From contig CANFWB010000004.1 in the NCBI GenBank assembly GCA_947450605.1, forward strand, positions 1,013-65,012: 64,000 nucleotides of DNA, in the 5' to 3' direction. This DNA is from Burkholderiaceae bacterium. Lineage in GTDB: Bacteria; Pseudomonadota; Gammaproteobacteria; Burkholderiales; Burkholderiaceae. The notes beneath the pieces are model-generated. The model was not told where the DNA came from and did not search any database. It worked only from the letters and a program-made list of their open reading frames with translations. Below are positions 1-11,039 of the stretch, one piece after another. Both the position numbers and the translations under genes were made by a program. Within the stretch, counting starts at the first letter, position 1. Every line of letters starts with the position of its first letter.

Positions 1-2
1 CT

Positions 3-743
3 AAAAGCGGTCTAAATTACTCCAACTCCACAGTCAGTGAAACTATCAATACCAGTATCAGTGATACTAGCACTGGTAGCGACGACACTCTCTCTGCAGT
101 TTGCTACTGCAAGGGAACCATGATCATGACTTCGGTTGGCGAGATTGCAGTAGAAGAGTTAGCTGTTGGAGTTGAGGTGATGACTACAACAGGTGATCTA
201 GAGCCTGTCATTTGGATGGGTCGCAATACTATTGATTGCGATCGCCAACTACATAAAGATAAAGCCTATCCAGTGCGTATTCTTAAAGATGCTTTTGGTT
301 TGAATATGCCTAAGCGCGATCTCTATGTAAGCCCAGATCATTCGCTTTATGTCGATGGCGTCATGATCCCGGCCTATTGTTTAATCAACGGCGTCACCAT
401 TAAGCAAGATAGAGCTGAGAAGCTAGTGACCTACTATCACGTAGAGTTACCTCAGCACCATGCCATCTTGGCTGAAGGACTGCCTGCAGAAAGCTATTTA
501 GAAACCAGCGAAGAAAATCGCCATTTCTTTAAAGAGGCTACTGCTAGCACGACTAGCAATGTCACCAAGCTTGATGCCCAATATCCTGTTTGCCCAGAAG
601 ATACCCCAGCCTGGAAGCATATTTGGGATACCCAAGGCTTTGCACCACTCACCCAATCTGGCCCTATCTTAGACGCAGTGCGGGCAAGATTGGCATTACG
701 TGCTCAAGAGTTATTATCAACACAAGAGCGTCAAGCTGCCTAA
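3..743 (+). CDS. C-terminal part of a Hint-domain (type B bacterial intein-like) protein; 5' end lies outside the window
   Basis: Frame 3 is open from base 3: Ser/Thr-rich KSGLNYSNSTVSETINTSISDTSTGSDDTLSAV, then CYCKGTMIMTSVGEIAVEELAVG (Hint start, Cys codon 102-104), PVRI..DAFG..P.RDLYVSPDH and YYHVELPQHHAILAEGLPAESY. Confidence 0.88.
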   Translation, partial: KSGLNYSNSTVSETINTSISDTSTGSDDTLSAVCYCKGTMIMTSVGEIAVEELAVGVEVMTTTGDLEPVIWMGRNTIDCDRQLHKDKAYPVRILKDAFGLNMPKRDLYVSPDHSLYVDGVMIPAYCLINGVTIKQDRAEKLVTYYHVELPQHHAILAEGLPAESYLETSEENRHFFKEATASTTSNVTKLDAQYPVCPEDTPAWKHIWDTQGFAPLTQSGPILDAVRARLALRAQELLSTQERQAA

Positions 744-822
744 GGTTTACTAGGGATTATTAACTGGGGGCGTTGCTAGTCTATCTTTGGAGTGGTCTAC
801 TCTAAGTAGATTAAGTTGGAAT

Positions 823-862
823 AAAAACCACCTAAGCTAAAATGTTTTAGGTGGTTTTTTTT
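823..862 (+). terminator. Rho-independent terminator, possibly bidirectional
   Basis: AAAAACCACCTAA...TTAGGTGGTTTTT stem followed by a T-run. Confidence 0.75.
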
Positions 863-970
863 GCTTTAATCACCTATCACCATTACAGTATTGATGGCTT
901 CTAAGGCCATAATGATGAGACCGAAGTGATACGCTAAAGCCTAGACCATTTATTTAATTAATTAAACAAA

Positions 971-2905
971 GTGACTCCCCGCCCACCTAAAAAGATTAGC
1001 CTATTAAGCGAAGGTGGTACTCAAACCCAAAAAACTGCCTTGGAAGAGCGGATCAAAATAGGGCGACAATATTTTGAAGCGGGTCGCTCAGCAGAAGCCT
1101 TGACTGAATTCAAAAAAGTACTAAAACTAGATCCAAAGAGTTTGGATGCTTTGCAATGCATTGCAGCTATTGCATTTGGGGAGGACGACTTTAATAAAGC
1201 TTTAGCAGTATTGGATAGGTTGGTTCGGTATTACCCACGTTTTGCTGTTGCACATAACAATCGGGGTTTAGCACTTCTTGAGCTCAAGCAGACTGAATCC
1301 GCTCTGAATAGTTTTGAACGTGCTATTGCTCTAAAGCCAGGACTGGCTGAGGCCCACTTTAACCTTGGAAATGCCTTGGGTGAGTTGGGGAGGTATGAGA
1401 AGGCTTTAGCTTCATACAACGAGGCGATTCAATTGAATGATGCTTATGCTGATGCATATGCCAATAGAGGTAATGTCTATCGAGAGTTAAAGCGCTTCGA
1501 TGAGGCGCTCGAGAGTTTTGAGAAAGCGTTATTTCACCATCCAAACTCATTTGAAGCCTACTTCAATCACGCAAAAACCCAGCAGGATCAGAAGCAGTAT
1601 GAATTTGCCGTAGAAAGCTATCAAGAGGCAATTCGTATTAGGCCAAACTATGCAGAAGCCCATTATGAATTGGGTAAAGCCTACAAAGAGCTCTTGCGAC
1701 TAGATGATGCTAAAGCGTGTTATGAAAAAGCAATTCAATTAAATTCGGAGAGTGCTAAGTTCCACCATAGTTTTGCGGTATGTTTGGGAGACCTGCAACA
1801 ATTTGATCAAGCCTTGATTGGGCATCAAAAAGCTATTGCATTGGACCCTCTTTATTTAAATGCTTATATCGCATGTGGGGTAACGCTATCTGAATTAATG
1901 CGGTTTGAAGAGGCCATTCATTACTACGATCAAGCTATTAAAATAAATTCAGATAGTGCGTCAGCGCGTTTGAATAGATCCTTATTACTCTTGCTGAAAG
2001 GCGATTTTAAAAATGGGTTTAAGGAATACGAATACCGTTGGGATGCCGCTGAGGAAAAAGAAAAGATCAATGAAGGCAGAAAACGATTAAAGCCCCTATG
2101 GCTCGGGAATGAGGCCCTTGCAGGCAAAACCCTCTTTGTATATTCTGAGCAAGGGTTTGGAGATGTGATTCATTTTTGTCGATATATAAAAAACTTAGCC
2201 AATTTAGGCGCCAAGGTGGTTTTTGGTGTGCCAATAGAGTTGCGTAGTTTGTTGTCTTCATTGGATGGTGTAGCAGAATTTAGTTTGCATGGTGACCGTT
2301 TACCGCATTACGATTTTCAATGCCCTTTATTAAGTTTGCCTCTGGCTTTTAAAACAGATGCCGAATCTATCCCTGCCTTAGATAAGTACCTTGTGGCCGA
2401 TGGCGTAAAAGTTACGCATTGGCAGAAAAAACTTCATGACATCAGCAAGCCCAAGGTTGGCATTGTCTGGAGCGGTAGCACTGGGCACAAAAAGGATTTC
2501 AAAAGAAGTATTTTGCTAAAAGAGTTCATAGATTGCCTCCCTGAAGGCTTTCAATATATCTGTTTGCAAAAAGAAATCCGTGAGGCCGATCAGGAGATCT
2601 TGGCTTTAAATCCACAGATTCTGAGCTTTGCTGATGGGTTCAATGATTTTAGTGATACTGCAGCCCTCATTGAGTGCTTAGATCTCGTGATTAGTGTGGA
2701 TACGAGCGTTGCCCATTTGAGTGCGGCATTGGGTAAGCCCACGTGGATTTTGTTGCCAACAACCCCAGATTGGCGTTGGTTGCTTAACCGCAGTGATAGC
2801 CCTTGGTATCCCTCGGTAAAACTGTATCGGCAAAAAAATATTGGTCAATGGGGAGATGTATTTAATCGTATCTCAGAGGATCTCAAATTGTATCTAACTC
2901 TTTGA
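971..2905 (+). CDS. TPR-repeat protein with C-terminal glycosyltransferase (GT-B, GT9-like) domain
   Basis: Many 34-aa TPR units (AEAHFNLGNALGELGRYEKALASY...); C-terminal EQGFGDVIHF, DLVISVDTSVAHLSAALGKPTW, DWRW...DSPWYPS. Confidence 0.88.
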   Translation: MTPRPPKKISLLSEGGTQTQKTALEERIKIGRQYFEAGRSAEALTEFKKVLKLDPKSLDALQCIAAIAFGEDDFNKALAVLDRLVRYYPRFAVAHNNRGLALLELKQTESALNSFERAIALKPGLAEAHFNLGNALGELGRYEKALASYNEAIQLNDAYADAYANRGNVYRELKRFDEALESFEKALFHHPNSFEAYFNHAKTQQDQKQYEFAVESYQEAIRIRPNYAEAHYELGKAYKELLRLDDAKACYEKAIQLNSESAKFHHSFAVCLGDLQQFDQALIGHQKAIALDPLYLNAYIACGVTLSELMRFEEAIHYYDQAIKINSDSASARLNRSLLLLLKGDFKNGFKEYEYRWDAAEEKEKINEGRKRLKPLWLGNEALAGKTLFVYSEQGFGDVIHFCRYIKNLANLGAKVVFGVPIELRSLLSSLDGVAEFSLHGDRLPHYDFQCPLLSLPLAFKTDAESIPALDKYLVADGVKVTHWQKKLHDISKPKVGIVWSGSTGHKKDFKRSILLKEFIDCLPEGFQYICLQKEIREADQEILALNPQILSFADGFNDFSDTAALIECLDLVISVDTSVAHLSAALGKPTWILLPTTPDWRWLLNRSDSPWYPSVKLYRQKNIGQWGDVFNRISEDLKLYLTL

Positions 2906-4016
2906 GTAGATTACGAATAGAGTTCTTCCAGCTTAGATTGACAACAGATTCTCTGATGCATTCTTGATTTAGTTGGGATCGATTATTGTAAGCAGTCTCC
3001 ATCACCGCTACCAATTCATCAACACTAGATTCGCCCCATTCCCTGGTTGAGAATTCATCAAACTTTTCAATAGGACTTTGTTTGAGTAGTGGGATGCAAT
3101 TATTACCTTTAATCAGATCTAGATGTCCCGTATTGGCTGATAGAGCTGTTGGAATGCCTGAGCAAAGTGCTTCCATTGCAACTAAATTGGTTCCACCTTC
3201 ACAGCGGTTTGGGAAAACTGCTAGATCAACTTCTCTAAATATTTCAGGCATGAGTTGATTGGATGTAGCGACTAAATTCAGATACTGTTGTGGCTTGACT
3301 CCATTGGAGTAGACCCAATTATCTATTGCCTGTCCAACACTGTCTTGTGCAATCAACGGCCTGCATATTCCAGAGGCATTAACTGAGCTGGCTAGCATTT
3401 TCTCCCAGGGTGAGCGCCAACAGCTAATCAATAGGGAATCCGGGCGATTTTGGGAAAATATAGAAAAGGCTTTTAAGAGAATATCTTGACCTTTTCTGTA
3501 TTCAAGTTTCCCCCCGCTAAATACAACAAAGCGATCCTGGAAATGCTGCTTTTGCTGAATGCGAAACAAATCAGTATTAATCCCCTGAATGACTAATTTG
3601 GAGTTGACCCCCATTTCCAGCAGTGTTTCTTGATTCCAGGTGGAGCCTGCAATCATTCCATCTAAAGCGATTAATGTTTTAACTTCAGATGGGGGCAGGG
3701 GATTAGATTCATGAAAGATAACCCCCACCCTTTTTAAGCTCTTTTTAACTGGCTTATTATCAAAATGATTTCCAATGGCGAGCAACATGTAGTCGCCATC
3801 TCGCATTGAAACGCCCGAATTCAATTGGCTTGCGTTTTCAGAAAAGAGTTTTTGTGTGATTGGGTCTAATGGGTACAAAAACTGGGGCTTTGGTTTTAAA
3901 GAAATGGTGCGAAAAGAGGGATTTTTGCTTCCCCACAGTAGCAGATTTAAGCCATAAATTCCCCAGCCATAATGATCAGAGATTCCCCAATCAAAAAAGA
4001 TATTTTTATAATCCAT
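2883..4016 (-). CDS. Glycosyltransferase family 4
   Basis: GKLEYRKGQDILL and EGGTNLVAMEALCSG (ExxxxxxxxE-type) motifs. Confidence 0.85.
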   Translation of the reverse strand: MDYKNIFFDWGISDHYGWGIYGLNLLLWGSKNPSFRTISLKPKPQFLYPLDPITQKLFSENASQLNSGVSMRDGDYMLLAIGNHFDNKPVKKSLKRVGVIFHESNPLPPSEVKTLIALDGMIAGSTWNQETLLEMGVNSKLVIQGINTDLFRIQQKQHFQDRFVVFSGGKLEYRKGQDILLKAFSIFSQNRPDSLLISCWRSPWEKMLASSVNASGICRPLIAQDSVGQAIDNWVYSNGVKPQQYLNLVATSNQLMPEIFREVDLAVFPNRCEGGTNLVAMEALCSGIPTALSANTGHLDLIKGNNCIPLLKQSPIEKFDEFSTREWGESSVDELVAVMETAYNNRSQLNQECIRESVVNLSWKNSIRNLLKELDTI

Positions 4017-4207
4017 CGTATTCCCTTGAGCCTTTAAAACTTTGATTGCACTATGTTTCTATGAGTAGCGCTATATGGTCTTTATGAACTAGGTTTATCT
4101 AACCAATCTAGTAGACGCAGTTTAATACTTATGGTGCGCATCAATCAATTTGAGTATTGATTATTATTTCTTCATTAAACCCTTGATTGTGTTGGTATTA
4201 TTTGACC

Positions 4208-5767
4208 ATGTCAGAAATTACCAATAAGAATAATCCGACTCATTCCATTATTCCCGTCATCCTTTGTGGTGGCTCAGGAACTCGGCTTTGGCCACTCTCC
4301 AGATCAGGGTTTCCTAAACAGTTCTTAGTGCTCTCTGGGGATGACTCTAGCCAAAGTTTGTTTCAGCAAGCCATTACACGCATTCATGCGATTGGCGATA
4401 AAAAAACTGTCATTGGTCAGACTTTAATTGTGACTAATGAAGATCATCGTTTTTTAGCCTTAGATCAATTGCGTGAATTAAAAAATACATCTTCCAATAT
4501 CACGGCAACCTTATTACTTGAACCCTCAGGCAGAAACACAGCCCCAGCACTGACCTTAGCAGCGCTGTATGCCCAAGAGCAAGGGCTTACTACTCAGAGT
4601 GATCCGATTTTGATCGTCACTCCTGCAGATCAAACCGTCAAAAATGGTGCGGCCTTTAGCAAAGCTTTGCAAGCGGCTGTTAGCATTGCCCAAGAAGGCG
4701 CCATTGCCATTTTAGGTATTACCCCAACAGCACCCGAAACAGGTTACGGATACATTAAGACGGAAAGCCATGTTAATTCAAACGATAAGGCCAAGTTGTC
4801 TACTGATGGCCATGCTGCTTATACAGTAGAACGTTTTGTCGAAAAGCCGGATGGCAATACAGCAGCTCAATATTTACAAGAGGGTGGCTACTTTTGGAAT
4901 GGTGGTATGTTTGTCCTTAAAGCCAGTGTATGGCTTGCTGCCCTAAAAGAGTTTCGTCCTGACATCCTTGCTGCTACTGAAAGTGCGTGGCAGGCAAAAT
5001 CAATTGATGCTTCTGGTGACACTACCTTTGTGCGTCCAGGTAAAGCCGAATTTAATGCTATTCCCAGTGAATCAATTGACTACGCAGTGATTGAAAAATG
5101 TCCAGGCAGTACTGAAAAAAATGCTTTCCCCATCAAGATGGTTGAGCTTGATGCTGGCTGGAATGACTTAGGCGCCTGGGATGCAGTTTGGCAGGTAGGT
5201 AAACAAGATGGTGAAGGTAATGTCACTTCTGGCGATACTTTACTGACTAATACGAAGAACTCCTTAATTCATGCAAGCACTCGACTTGTGAGTGCAGTTG
5301 GCGTTGAGAACCTTATCATTATTGAGACCGCTGATGCGGTCATGGTTGCAGACAGGGCAAACAGTCAAGACGTAAAACACATCGTCAACCAATTGGAAGC
5401 CCAACAGCGCGAAGAGAAGAACTTGCATCGCAAGGTTGCAAGACCTTGGGGTTGGTATGACTCTGTTGATGAAGGTGAGCGTTTCAAGGTCAAGCGTATC
5501 CAAGTAAAACCAGGGGCCAGTCTGTCACTACAAATGCATCACCACAGAGCCGAGCATTGGATTGTGGTCAAAGGTGTAGCAGAGATTACCAATGGTGATC
5601 AAGTCATCATGCTCACTGAGAACCAAAGTACTTATATTCCCCAAGGACAAACCCATCGCTTAGCCAACCCTGGAAAGACACCTTTAGAAATCATTGAAGT
5701 GCAGTCCGGTAGTTATCTAGGTGAAGATGACATTGTGCGTTTTGAAGATACCTACGGTAGAAGTTAA
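4208..5767 (+). CDS. manC: Mannose-1-phosphate guanylyltransferase/mannose-6-phosphate isomerase
   Basis: PVILCGGSGTRLWPLSR..FPKQF, GRNTAPA, FVEKP, C-terminal cupin RPWGWY...LSLQMHHHRAEHW; ATG at 4208 preferred. Confidence 0.95.
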   Translation: MSEITNKNNPTHSIIPVILCGGSGTRLWPLSRSGFPKQFLVLSGDDSSQSLFQQAITRIHAIGDKKTVIGQTLIVTNEDHRFLALDQLRELKNTSSNITATLLLEPSGRNTAPALTLAALYAQEQGLTTQSDPILIVTPADQTVKNGAAFSKALQAAVSIAQEGAIAILGITPTAPETGYGYIKTESHVNSNDKAKLSTDGHAAYTVERFVEKPDGNTAAQYLQEGGYFWNGGMFVLKASVWLAALKEFRPDILAATESAWQAKSIDASGDTTFVRPGKAEFNAIPSESIDYAVIEKCPGSTEKNAFPIKMVELDAGWNDLGAWDAVWQVGKQDGEGNVTSGDTLLTNTKNSLIHASTRLVSAVGVENLIIIETADAVMVADRANSQDVKHIVNQLEAQQREEKNLHRKVARPWGWYDSVDEGERFKVKRIQVKPGASLSLQMHHHRAEHWIVVKGVAEITNGDQVIMLTENQSTYIPQGQTHRLANPGKTPLEIIEVQSGSYLGEDDIVRFEDTYGRS

Positions 5768-5779
5768 ATCAGGCTGACC

Positions 5780-6784
5780 ATGAATATATTATTAACGGGT
5801 GGTGTAGGTTACATTGGCAGTCATACTGCTGTTGTATTGGCCCAAGCAGGGCATCAGATTGTTTTGTTTGACAATTTATGCAATAGCCTAAAAGAGACGG
5901 TGAGTCGCTTAGAGAAAATTATTGGCTCCTCCATTGTTTTTGTAGAGGGGGATGTTCGCAATACTGAGTTGTTGATTACGGTGTTGCAAGAATATCAAAT
6001 TGACTCTGTTATTCATTTTGCAGGACTAAAGGCTGTTGGTGAATCGGTTGCCAATCCTGTTCTATATTTTTCCAATAATGTGCAAGGCACCATTAGCTTG
6101 TTGCAAGCAATGCAAGCTACGCAGGTCAATTCTTTGGTATTTAGTTCAAGCGCCACTGTTTATGGTGAACCTGTTTATCTTCCATATGATGAAGAGCATC
6201 CTACCAATCCGATCAATCCTTATGGCGATACCAAGCTTCAGGTAGAAATTATGCTCAGGGATTTAGCCAATTCCAATCCTGATTGGAAGATTGCTTGCTT
6301 GCGCTATTTCAACCCAGTAGGGGCTCACGAGTCGGGATTAATCGGCGATGATCCCAGTGGTACCCCTGGAAATCTGATGCCTTACTTAGCCAGAGTGGCA
6401 ACTGGGCAGCTGGAATGTTTAAGTGTATTTGGCAATGACTATGAGACCAGAGACGGTACTGGTGAGCGTGATTACATTCATGTAATGGATTTAGCAGAGG
6501 GCCATATGGCGGCCTTGAGCTTTTTAAATGCGCATGCAGGCTTTCATGTGGTGAATTTAGGGACTGGAAAATCCACTAGCGTTCTTGAATGTGTAAATGA
6601 ATTTGAAAAGGCCTCCAATAAGAAGATAGCGTTGAGATTTGCACCAAGACGCGATGGCGATCTCCCAATTTATTTTGCTAAAGCAGACTTGGCAAAACAT
6701 AAATTAGGATGGACCGCAGACCGATCGGTTTCAGAAATGTGCAGTAGCGCTTGGAAGTTCCAGTCGTCCCAAAGCAAACAATAA
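5780..6784 (+). CDS. galE: UDP-glucose 4-epimerase
   Basis: TGGVGYIGSHT, HFAGLKAVGES, FSSSATVYG, YGDTK, LRYFNPVGAH. Confidence 0.93.
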   Translation: MNILLTGGVGYIGSHTAVVLAQAGHQIVLFDNLCNSLKETVSRLEKIIGSSIVFVEGDVRNTELLITVLQEYQIDSVIHFAGLKAVGESVANPVLYFSNNVQGTISLLQAMQATQVNSLVFSSSATVYGEPVYLPYDEEHPTNPINPYGDTKLQVEIMLRDLANSNPDWKIACLRYFNPVGAHESGLIGDDPSGTPGNLMPYLARVATGQLECLSVFGNDYETRDGTGERDYIHVMDLAEGHMAALSFLNAHAGFHVVNLGTGKSTSVLECVNEFEKASNKKIALRFAPRRDGDLPIYFAKADLAKHKLGWTADRSVSEMCSSAWKFQSSQSKQ

Positions 6785-6836
6785 TCTATTAAAAACTTCC
6801 ATCAATATCAATACAGAAAATTAAAGATCACAAGCT

Positions 6837-7967
6837 ATGTCTAAACAAAAAGTCGCCCTCATTACCGGCATCACCGGCCAAGACGGTTCATACCTAGCCG
6901 AGTTCTTATTAGAAAAAGGCTACATTGTTCACGGCATCAAACGCCGCGCCTCATCCTTTAATACCAGCCGTATTGACCATATCTATGAAGATCCCCATAC
7001 CCCTCATCCGGATCTCATCTTGCACTATGGTGATCTAACCGATACCAGCAACTTAGTACGCATCATTCAGCAAACCCAGCCTGATGAGATTTATAACCTC
7101 GGTGCCCAATCTCACGTAGCCGTCTCTTTTGAGTCTCCTGAGTACACAGCAGACGTCGATGCCATGGGCCCACTTCGCATGTTAGAAGCCATCCGTATCT
7201 TGGGTTTAGAGAAGAAAACCCGCTTTTACCAAGCCTCTACCTCCGAGCTCTACGGCCTTGTACAAGAAATCCCCCAAAAAGAAACCACCCCGTTCTATCC
7301 CCGTAGTCCTTATGCGGTCGCCAAGATGTATGCCTACTGGATTACCGTCAATTACCGCGAAGCCTATGGTATCTATGCCTGTAACGGCATCCTCTTTAAC
7401 CATGAATCCAAGCGCCGTGGCGAGACCTTTGTAACTCGTAAGGTCACTCGTGGCCTAGCCAATATCGCCCTAGGCTTAGAGAAATGCCTCTTTATGGGTA
7501 ATATCGACGCACTACGTGACTGGGGTCATGCTAAAGACTATGTCCGCATGCAGTGGCTCATGCTCCAGCAAGACAAACCAGAAGACTTTGTCATTGCCAC
7601 CGGTGTGCAGTTCACCGTCAGGGAGTTTATTACCCGCAGTGCCAAACAATTGGGCATCACCCTGCGTTTTGAAGGCGCAGCCGAAAATGAAAAAGCCATC
7701 GTAGCGTCTATTGAAGGTGATAAAGCCCCCGCACTCAAGGTAGGTGATGTGATTGTGCAAATCGATCCGCGTTACTACCGCCCTACTGAAGTTGAAACCC
7801 TCTTGGGTGATCCAACGAAGGCCAAAGAAAAACTCGGCTGGGTCCCAGAAATTACCCTTGATGAGATGATCACAGAGATGGTGGCTAACGATCTGATTGG
7901 GGCTAATAAAGTGGCCCTACTCAAGAAAAATGGTTTTTCTGTAGCCGTATCACTTGAAAACTCGTAA
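6837..7967 (+). CDS. gmd: GDP-mannose 4,6-dehydratase
   Basis: [46 protein letters not shown]. Confidence 0.97.
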   Translation: MSKQKVALITGITGQDGSYLAEFLLEKGYIVHGIKRRASSFNTSRIDHIYEDPHTPHPDLILHYGDLTDTSNLVRIIQQTQPDEIYNLGAQSHVAVSFESPEYTADVDAMGPLRMLEAIRILGLEKKTRFYQASTSELYGLVQEIPQKETTPFYPRSPYAVAKMYAYWITVNYREAYGIYACNGILFNHESKRRGETFVTRKVTRGLANIALGLEKCLFMGNIDALRDWGHAKDYVRMQWLMLQQDKPEDFVIATGVQFTVREFITRSAKQLGITLRFEGAAENEKAIVASIEGDKAPALKVGDVIVQIDPRYYRPTEVETLLGDPTKAKEKLGWVPEITLDEMITEMVANDLIGANKVALLKKNGFSVAVSLENS

Positions 7968-7986
7968 GACAGAACAGAGACTACAG

Positions 7987-8961
7987 ATGAGCGCTGATCT
8001 ACACCAAAAGATCTATGTTGCTGGCCACAGAGGCATGGTGGGCTCAGCCATTGTGCGTAATCTGCAAGCCAAAGGCTTTAGCAATATCGTGACTCGTACT
8101 CATAGCGAGCTCGATTTAACCAATCAAGCCGCTGTACAAGCCTTCTTTGAGCTTGAGCGGCCAGACCAAGTCTACTTAGCGGCAGCTAAGGTAGGGGGCA
8201 TCCATGCCAACAATACCTACCCAGCACAGTTTATTTATGAGAACTTGATGATGCAAAACCATGTCATCCATCAAGCCTTTGTGTCTGGAGTCAAAAAGCT
8301 CTTGTTCTTGGGATCGAGCTGTATTTACCCCAAGTTAGCCCCTCAGCCCATGAGTGAAGATGCATTGCTTACCGGTAAGTTAGAGCCCACCAATGAGCCG
8401 TATGCCATTGCCAAGATTGCGGGTATCAAGATGTGTGAGAGTTATAACCGCCAGTATGGTCAAAGCCATGGGATTGATTACCGCTCCGTCATGCCCACTA
8501 ACCTCTATGGTCCAGGTGACAATTACCATCCAGAAAACAGCCATGTGATCCCAGCACTCATTAGACGATTTCATGAGGCTACAGTAGCCAATAGCCCAGA
8601 AGTAGTCATCTGGGGCACAGGCACCCCTAAAAGGGAGTTCCTGTACGTAGACGATATGGCAGCCGCCTCCGTCTTTGTGATGGAGTTAGATAAAGCCACT
8701 TACGATAGCCAAACGCAGCCAATGCAAAGCCACATCAATGTGGGCTTTGGATCTGATGTGACCATTAATGAATTGGCTCATGCGGTAGCCAAAGCAACGG
8801 GCTATCAAGGCAGTATTAGTTTTGATCCTAGTAAGCCCGATGGATCACCCAGAAAGTGGATGAGCTCGGAGCGGTTAAATCAGCTGGGGTGGAATGCGCA
8901 AGTAGGACTAGAGCAGGGGCTGGGGCGGGCTTATGCGGAGTTTGTGTCATCAAATCATTAA
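7987..8961 (+). CDS. fcl: GDP-L-fucose synthase
   Basis: [41 protein letters not shown]; directly follows gmd. Confidence 0.95.
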   Translation: MSADLHQKIYVAGHRGMVGSAIVRNLQAKGFSNIVTRTHSELDLTNQAAVQAFFELERPDQVYLAAAKVGGIHANNTYPAQFIYENLMMQNHVIHQAFVSGVKKLLFLGSSCIYPKLAPQPMSEDALLTGKLEPTNEPYAIAKIAGIKMCESYNRQYGQSHGIDYRSVMPTNLYGPGDNYHPENSHVIPALIRRFHEATVANSPEVVIWGTGTPKREFLYVDDMAAASVFVMELDKATYDSQTQPMQSHINVGFGSDVTINELAHAVAKATGYQGSISFDPSKPDGSPRKWMSSERLNQLGWNAQVGLEQGLGRAYAEFVSSNH

Positions 8962-8974
8962 ACTGCAAATGTTT

Positions 8975-10042
8975 TTATTTTGCGGGTAAATTGATTGAAG
9001 ATCCGGTTAGCGCTAAATAGACATTCTTAAAGCCGCCGACCCCAAAGCGGATATTGCGAATGGGGGAGTTGATATTGATCATACTTTCTTCGGGTGCTTG
9101 GGAAAGGGCTTCTAGCGCTTCATTGCTGCTGGCAAAACTGGCTTGATAGCCATTTGGTTTGCGTTGCCATTCTTCTAGCTGCTTCAAGGGATAATTTTTG
9201 TCCTTTACTAGCAGCACATGCTCTATTTTTTGCCTAAATGCATTGTCATCATCGCTCTTGTAAAAGATTAAGAACACAGTTTTGTTCTCCACGAGCCTCT
9301 TATCTGTATTCGACGACCCTTTTGCCAGCTGGATTAGGGCGATCGTAGCAGGGGGTTTGCCATTCACAATGGGTGGGTTATTGATGGCAATCAGTTGTCC
9401 ATTGGCGGTGGCCTCTAATCTCCAGCGAGGGTAGGGCGATTGCCCCGTGTTATCCACCTTCAGTAGCTTGGCTTGCGCTAAGGAGATCATCATTACTTTA
9501 TCGCTTGCAGTCACCTGTGCATAGTCAAGTAAGTGGCGATCAACGCCCATTTGATCTAGGTATTTTGCAATAGTGGCGCTCACCTTTTGAGACTCACTAT
9601 CTCCAATCTCTTTTTCAGTACCCTTAAATTGATGAATGCCAAACTTGCTACCTTCACTAAGGTGGCGCGAAAGACCGCCAGCAAAAGCATAAGCACAGGC
9701 TGAAATGCAATTAGGTGGACTGTAATCTGTTGAGCTAATGGTGGTGTTAAAGCCCATCTCTCGGATGAGCATTCCTAACTTAAGGCCACCAACTAAATTA
9801 CCGCCGGGGCTGCTTAAGGCAATCCAAGTGCCTTGAGGAAGGCCGCTTGCAAAGGTAGAAAATTGACTGGGCGTATCTTTGTCGATTTGGCCGATAGCCA
9901 TGACGACAGTTTGGCATTGAGGGTTAAGACCCTTGATACAACGCTCTTGTTTCTCAAAGGTCATTGCCAATACCGGGGTAAGGGCAATCAACAGAACTAA
10001 CGATAGAAGGTGGGTTGCTAGAGGTCGCATTGACTTCACCAC
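8975..10042 (-). CDS. Exported protein with ClpP/crotonase-like domain
   Basis: Signal peptide; LSSPGGNL, CISACAYAFAGG..R and GIHQF motifs. Confidence 0.6.
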   Translation of the reverse strand: MVKSMRPLATHLLSLVLLIALTPVLAMTFEKQERCIKGLNPQCQTVVMAIGQIDKDTPSQFSTFASGLPQGTWIALSSPGGNLVGGLKLGMLIREMGFNTTISSTDYSPPNCISACAYAFAGGLSRHLSEGSKFGIHQFKGTEKEIGDSESQKVSATIAKYLDQMGVDRHLLDYAQVTASDKVMMISLAQAKLLKVDNTGQSPYPRWRLEATANGQLIAINNPPIVNGKPPATIALIQLAKGSSNTDKRLVENKTVFLIFYKSDDDNAFRQKIEHVLLVKDKNYPLKQLEEWQRKPNGYQASFASSNEALEALSQAPEESMININSPIRNIRFGVGGFKNVYLALTGSSINLPAK

Positions 10043-10073
10043 TACCTGAGGGGGTGCTTAATACAACAATAGA

Positions 10074-10772
10074 TTAGGCTGGCGTCAACTCTGCGGGCAA
10101 ATATTTATTACAAAAAACATATAGCTCTAGGCGATTTCGCACTTCCAGCTTTTCGTAAATAGAGGCCAAGTGATTGCGTAAAGTATGCTCACTGATATGA
10201 AGTTTTTCTGAAACCTGTCTGAGGGTTTTTTCACTACTACCATGTATGGCATGAACTACTTTTTGTTCTTTCACTGTTAGGCTAGCCAAACGCTTTTCTT
10301 GGATAGTGACTTCTTTTGGCGCGTTTGCAGCCGCAATTTGCATCAAGATTCGAGAGGTGGCGTTTCGGTTGACCCACAACTCACCCTCATGGATTTTTTC
10401 AATTGCTTTCAGTAGAGTTTCTGGCGCTTCCATTTTGGTAAGTACGCCACGTGCTCCTCGGACCACCGCAAGATCGTGAATACTTAAGTCACGTAATGAG
10501 GTTAATACAATAATATTTGCATGTGTTAATTCTATTAACTTAGAAATCAGATTGAGGCCATCTTCGTTGCAAAGATCGGGCTCTAAAATGATGACGTCAG
10601 GAATGCTTTTAGTGACTTCTGCTATGGCTTCTTTGGTGTTTGTTGCAATGCCACATACTTCGAAACGCTCATCTTGATCAATTAGGGTTTGTATTCCCCA
10701 TGTGCTAATTTGATGGGAATCAATCAGTAAAACACTAATGGGATTTGTAGTTGAGGGTTTTGTGGTAGCCAT
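10074..10772 (-). CDS. NarL/LuxR-family regulator with atypical receiver domain
   Basis: Receiver domain (LLIDSH, PDVIILEPD, VLTS, GVLTK) plus LuxR HTH (LHISEHTLRNHLASIYEKLEV). Confidence 0.88.
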   Translation of the reverse strand: MATTKPSTTNPISVLLIDSHQISTWGIQTLIDQDERFEVCGIATNTKEAIAEVTKSIPDVIILEPDLCNEDGLNLISKLIELTHANIIVLTSLRDLSIHDLAVVRGARGVLTKMEAPETLLKAIEKIHEGELWVNRNATSRILMQIAAANAPKEVTIQEKRLASLTVKEQKVVHAIHGSSEKTLRQVSEKLHISEHTLRNHLASIYEKLEVRNRLELYVFCNKYLPAELTPA

Positions 10773-11039
10773 GTACTAGAGTGTATTTTGATTTGTATGT
10801 TTAACGATCTACCAACACCTACTATTTTAACTAGTATATTAATACTAATTTAAACGACTATTCATTTATTTCGGATTAAATGTGGCGTAATTGATTAGTA
10901 TCTAAAAAGTCTAAACGCATCGATATGGTGTCACCAAGTATTCTAAAAAATAGCGCCCGATTCTGTTTTTATAATCTATTCATATGTCAGCTATGTGTAT
11001 TTAATACCAGTTTTTAAGGATTTCTTTTGCAGCGTATTC

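Noticed and set aside
102-510. Self-splicing intein or homing element
   Set aside because: No terminal His-Asn followed by Cys/Ser/Thr, no endonuclease and no interrupted host gene; it fits an intein-like Hint domain.
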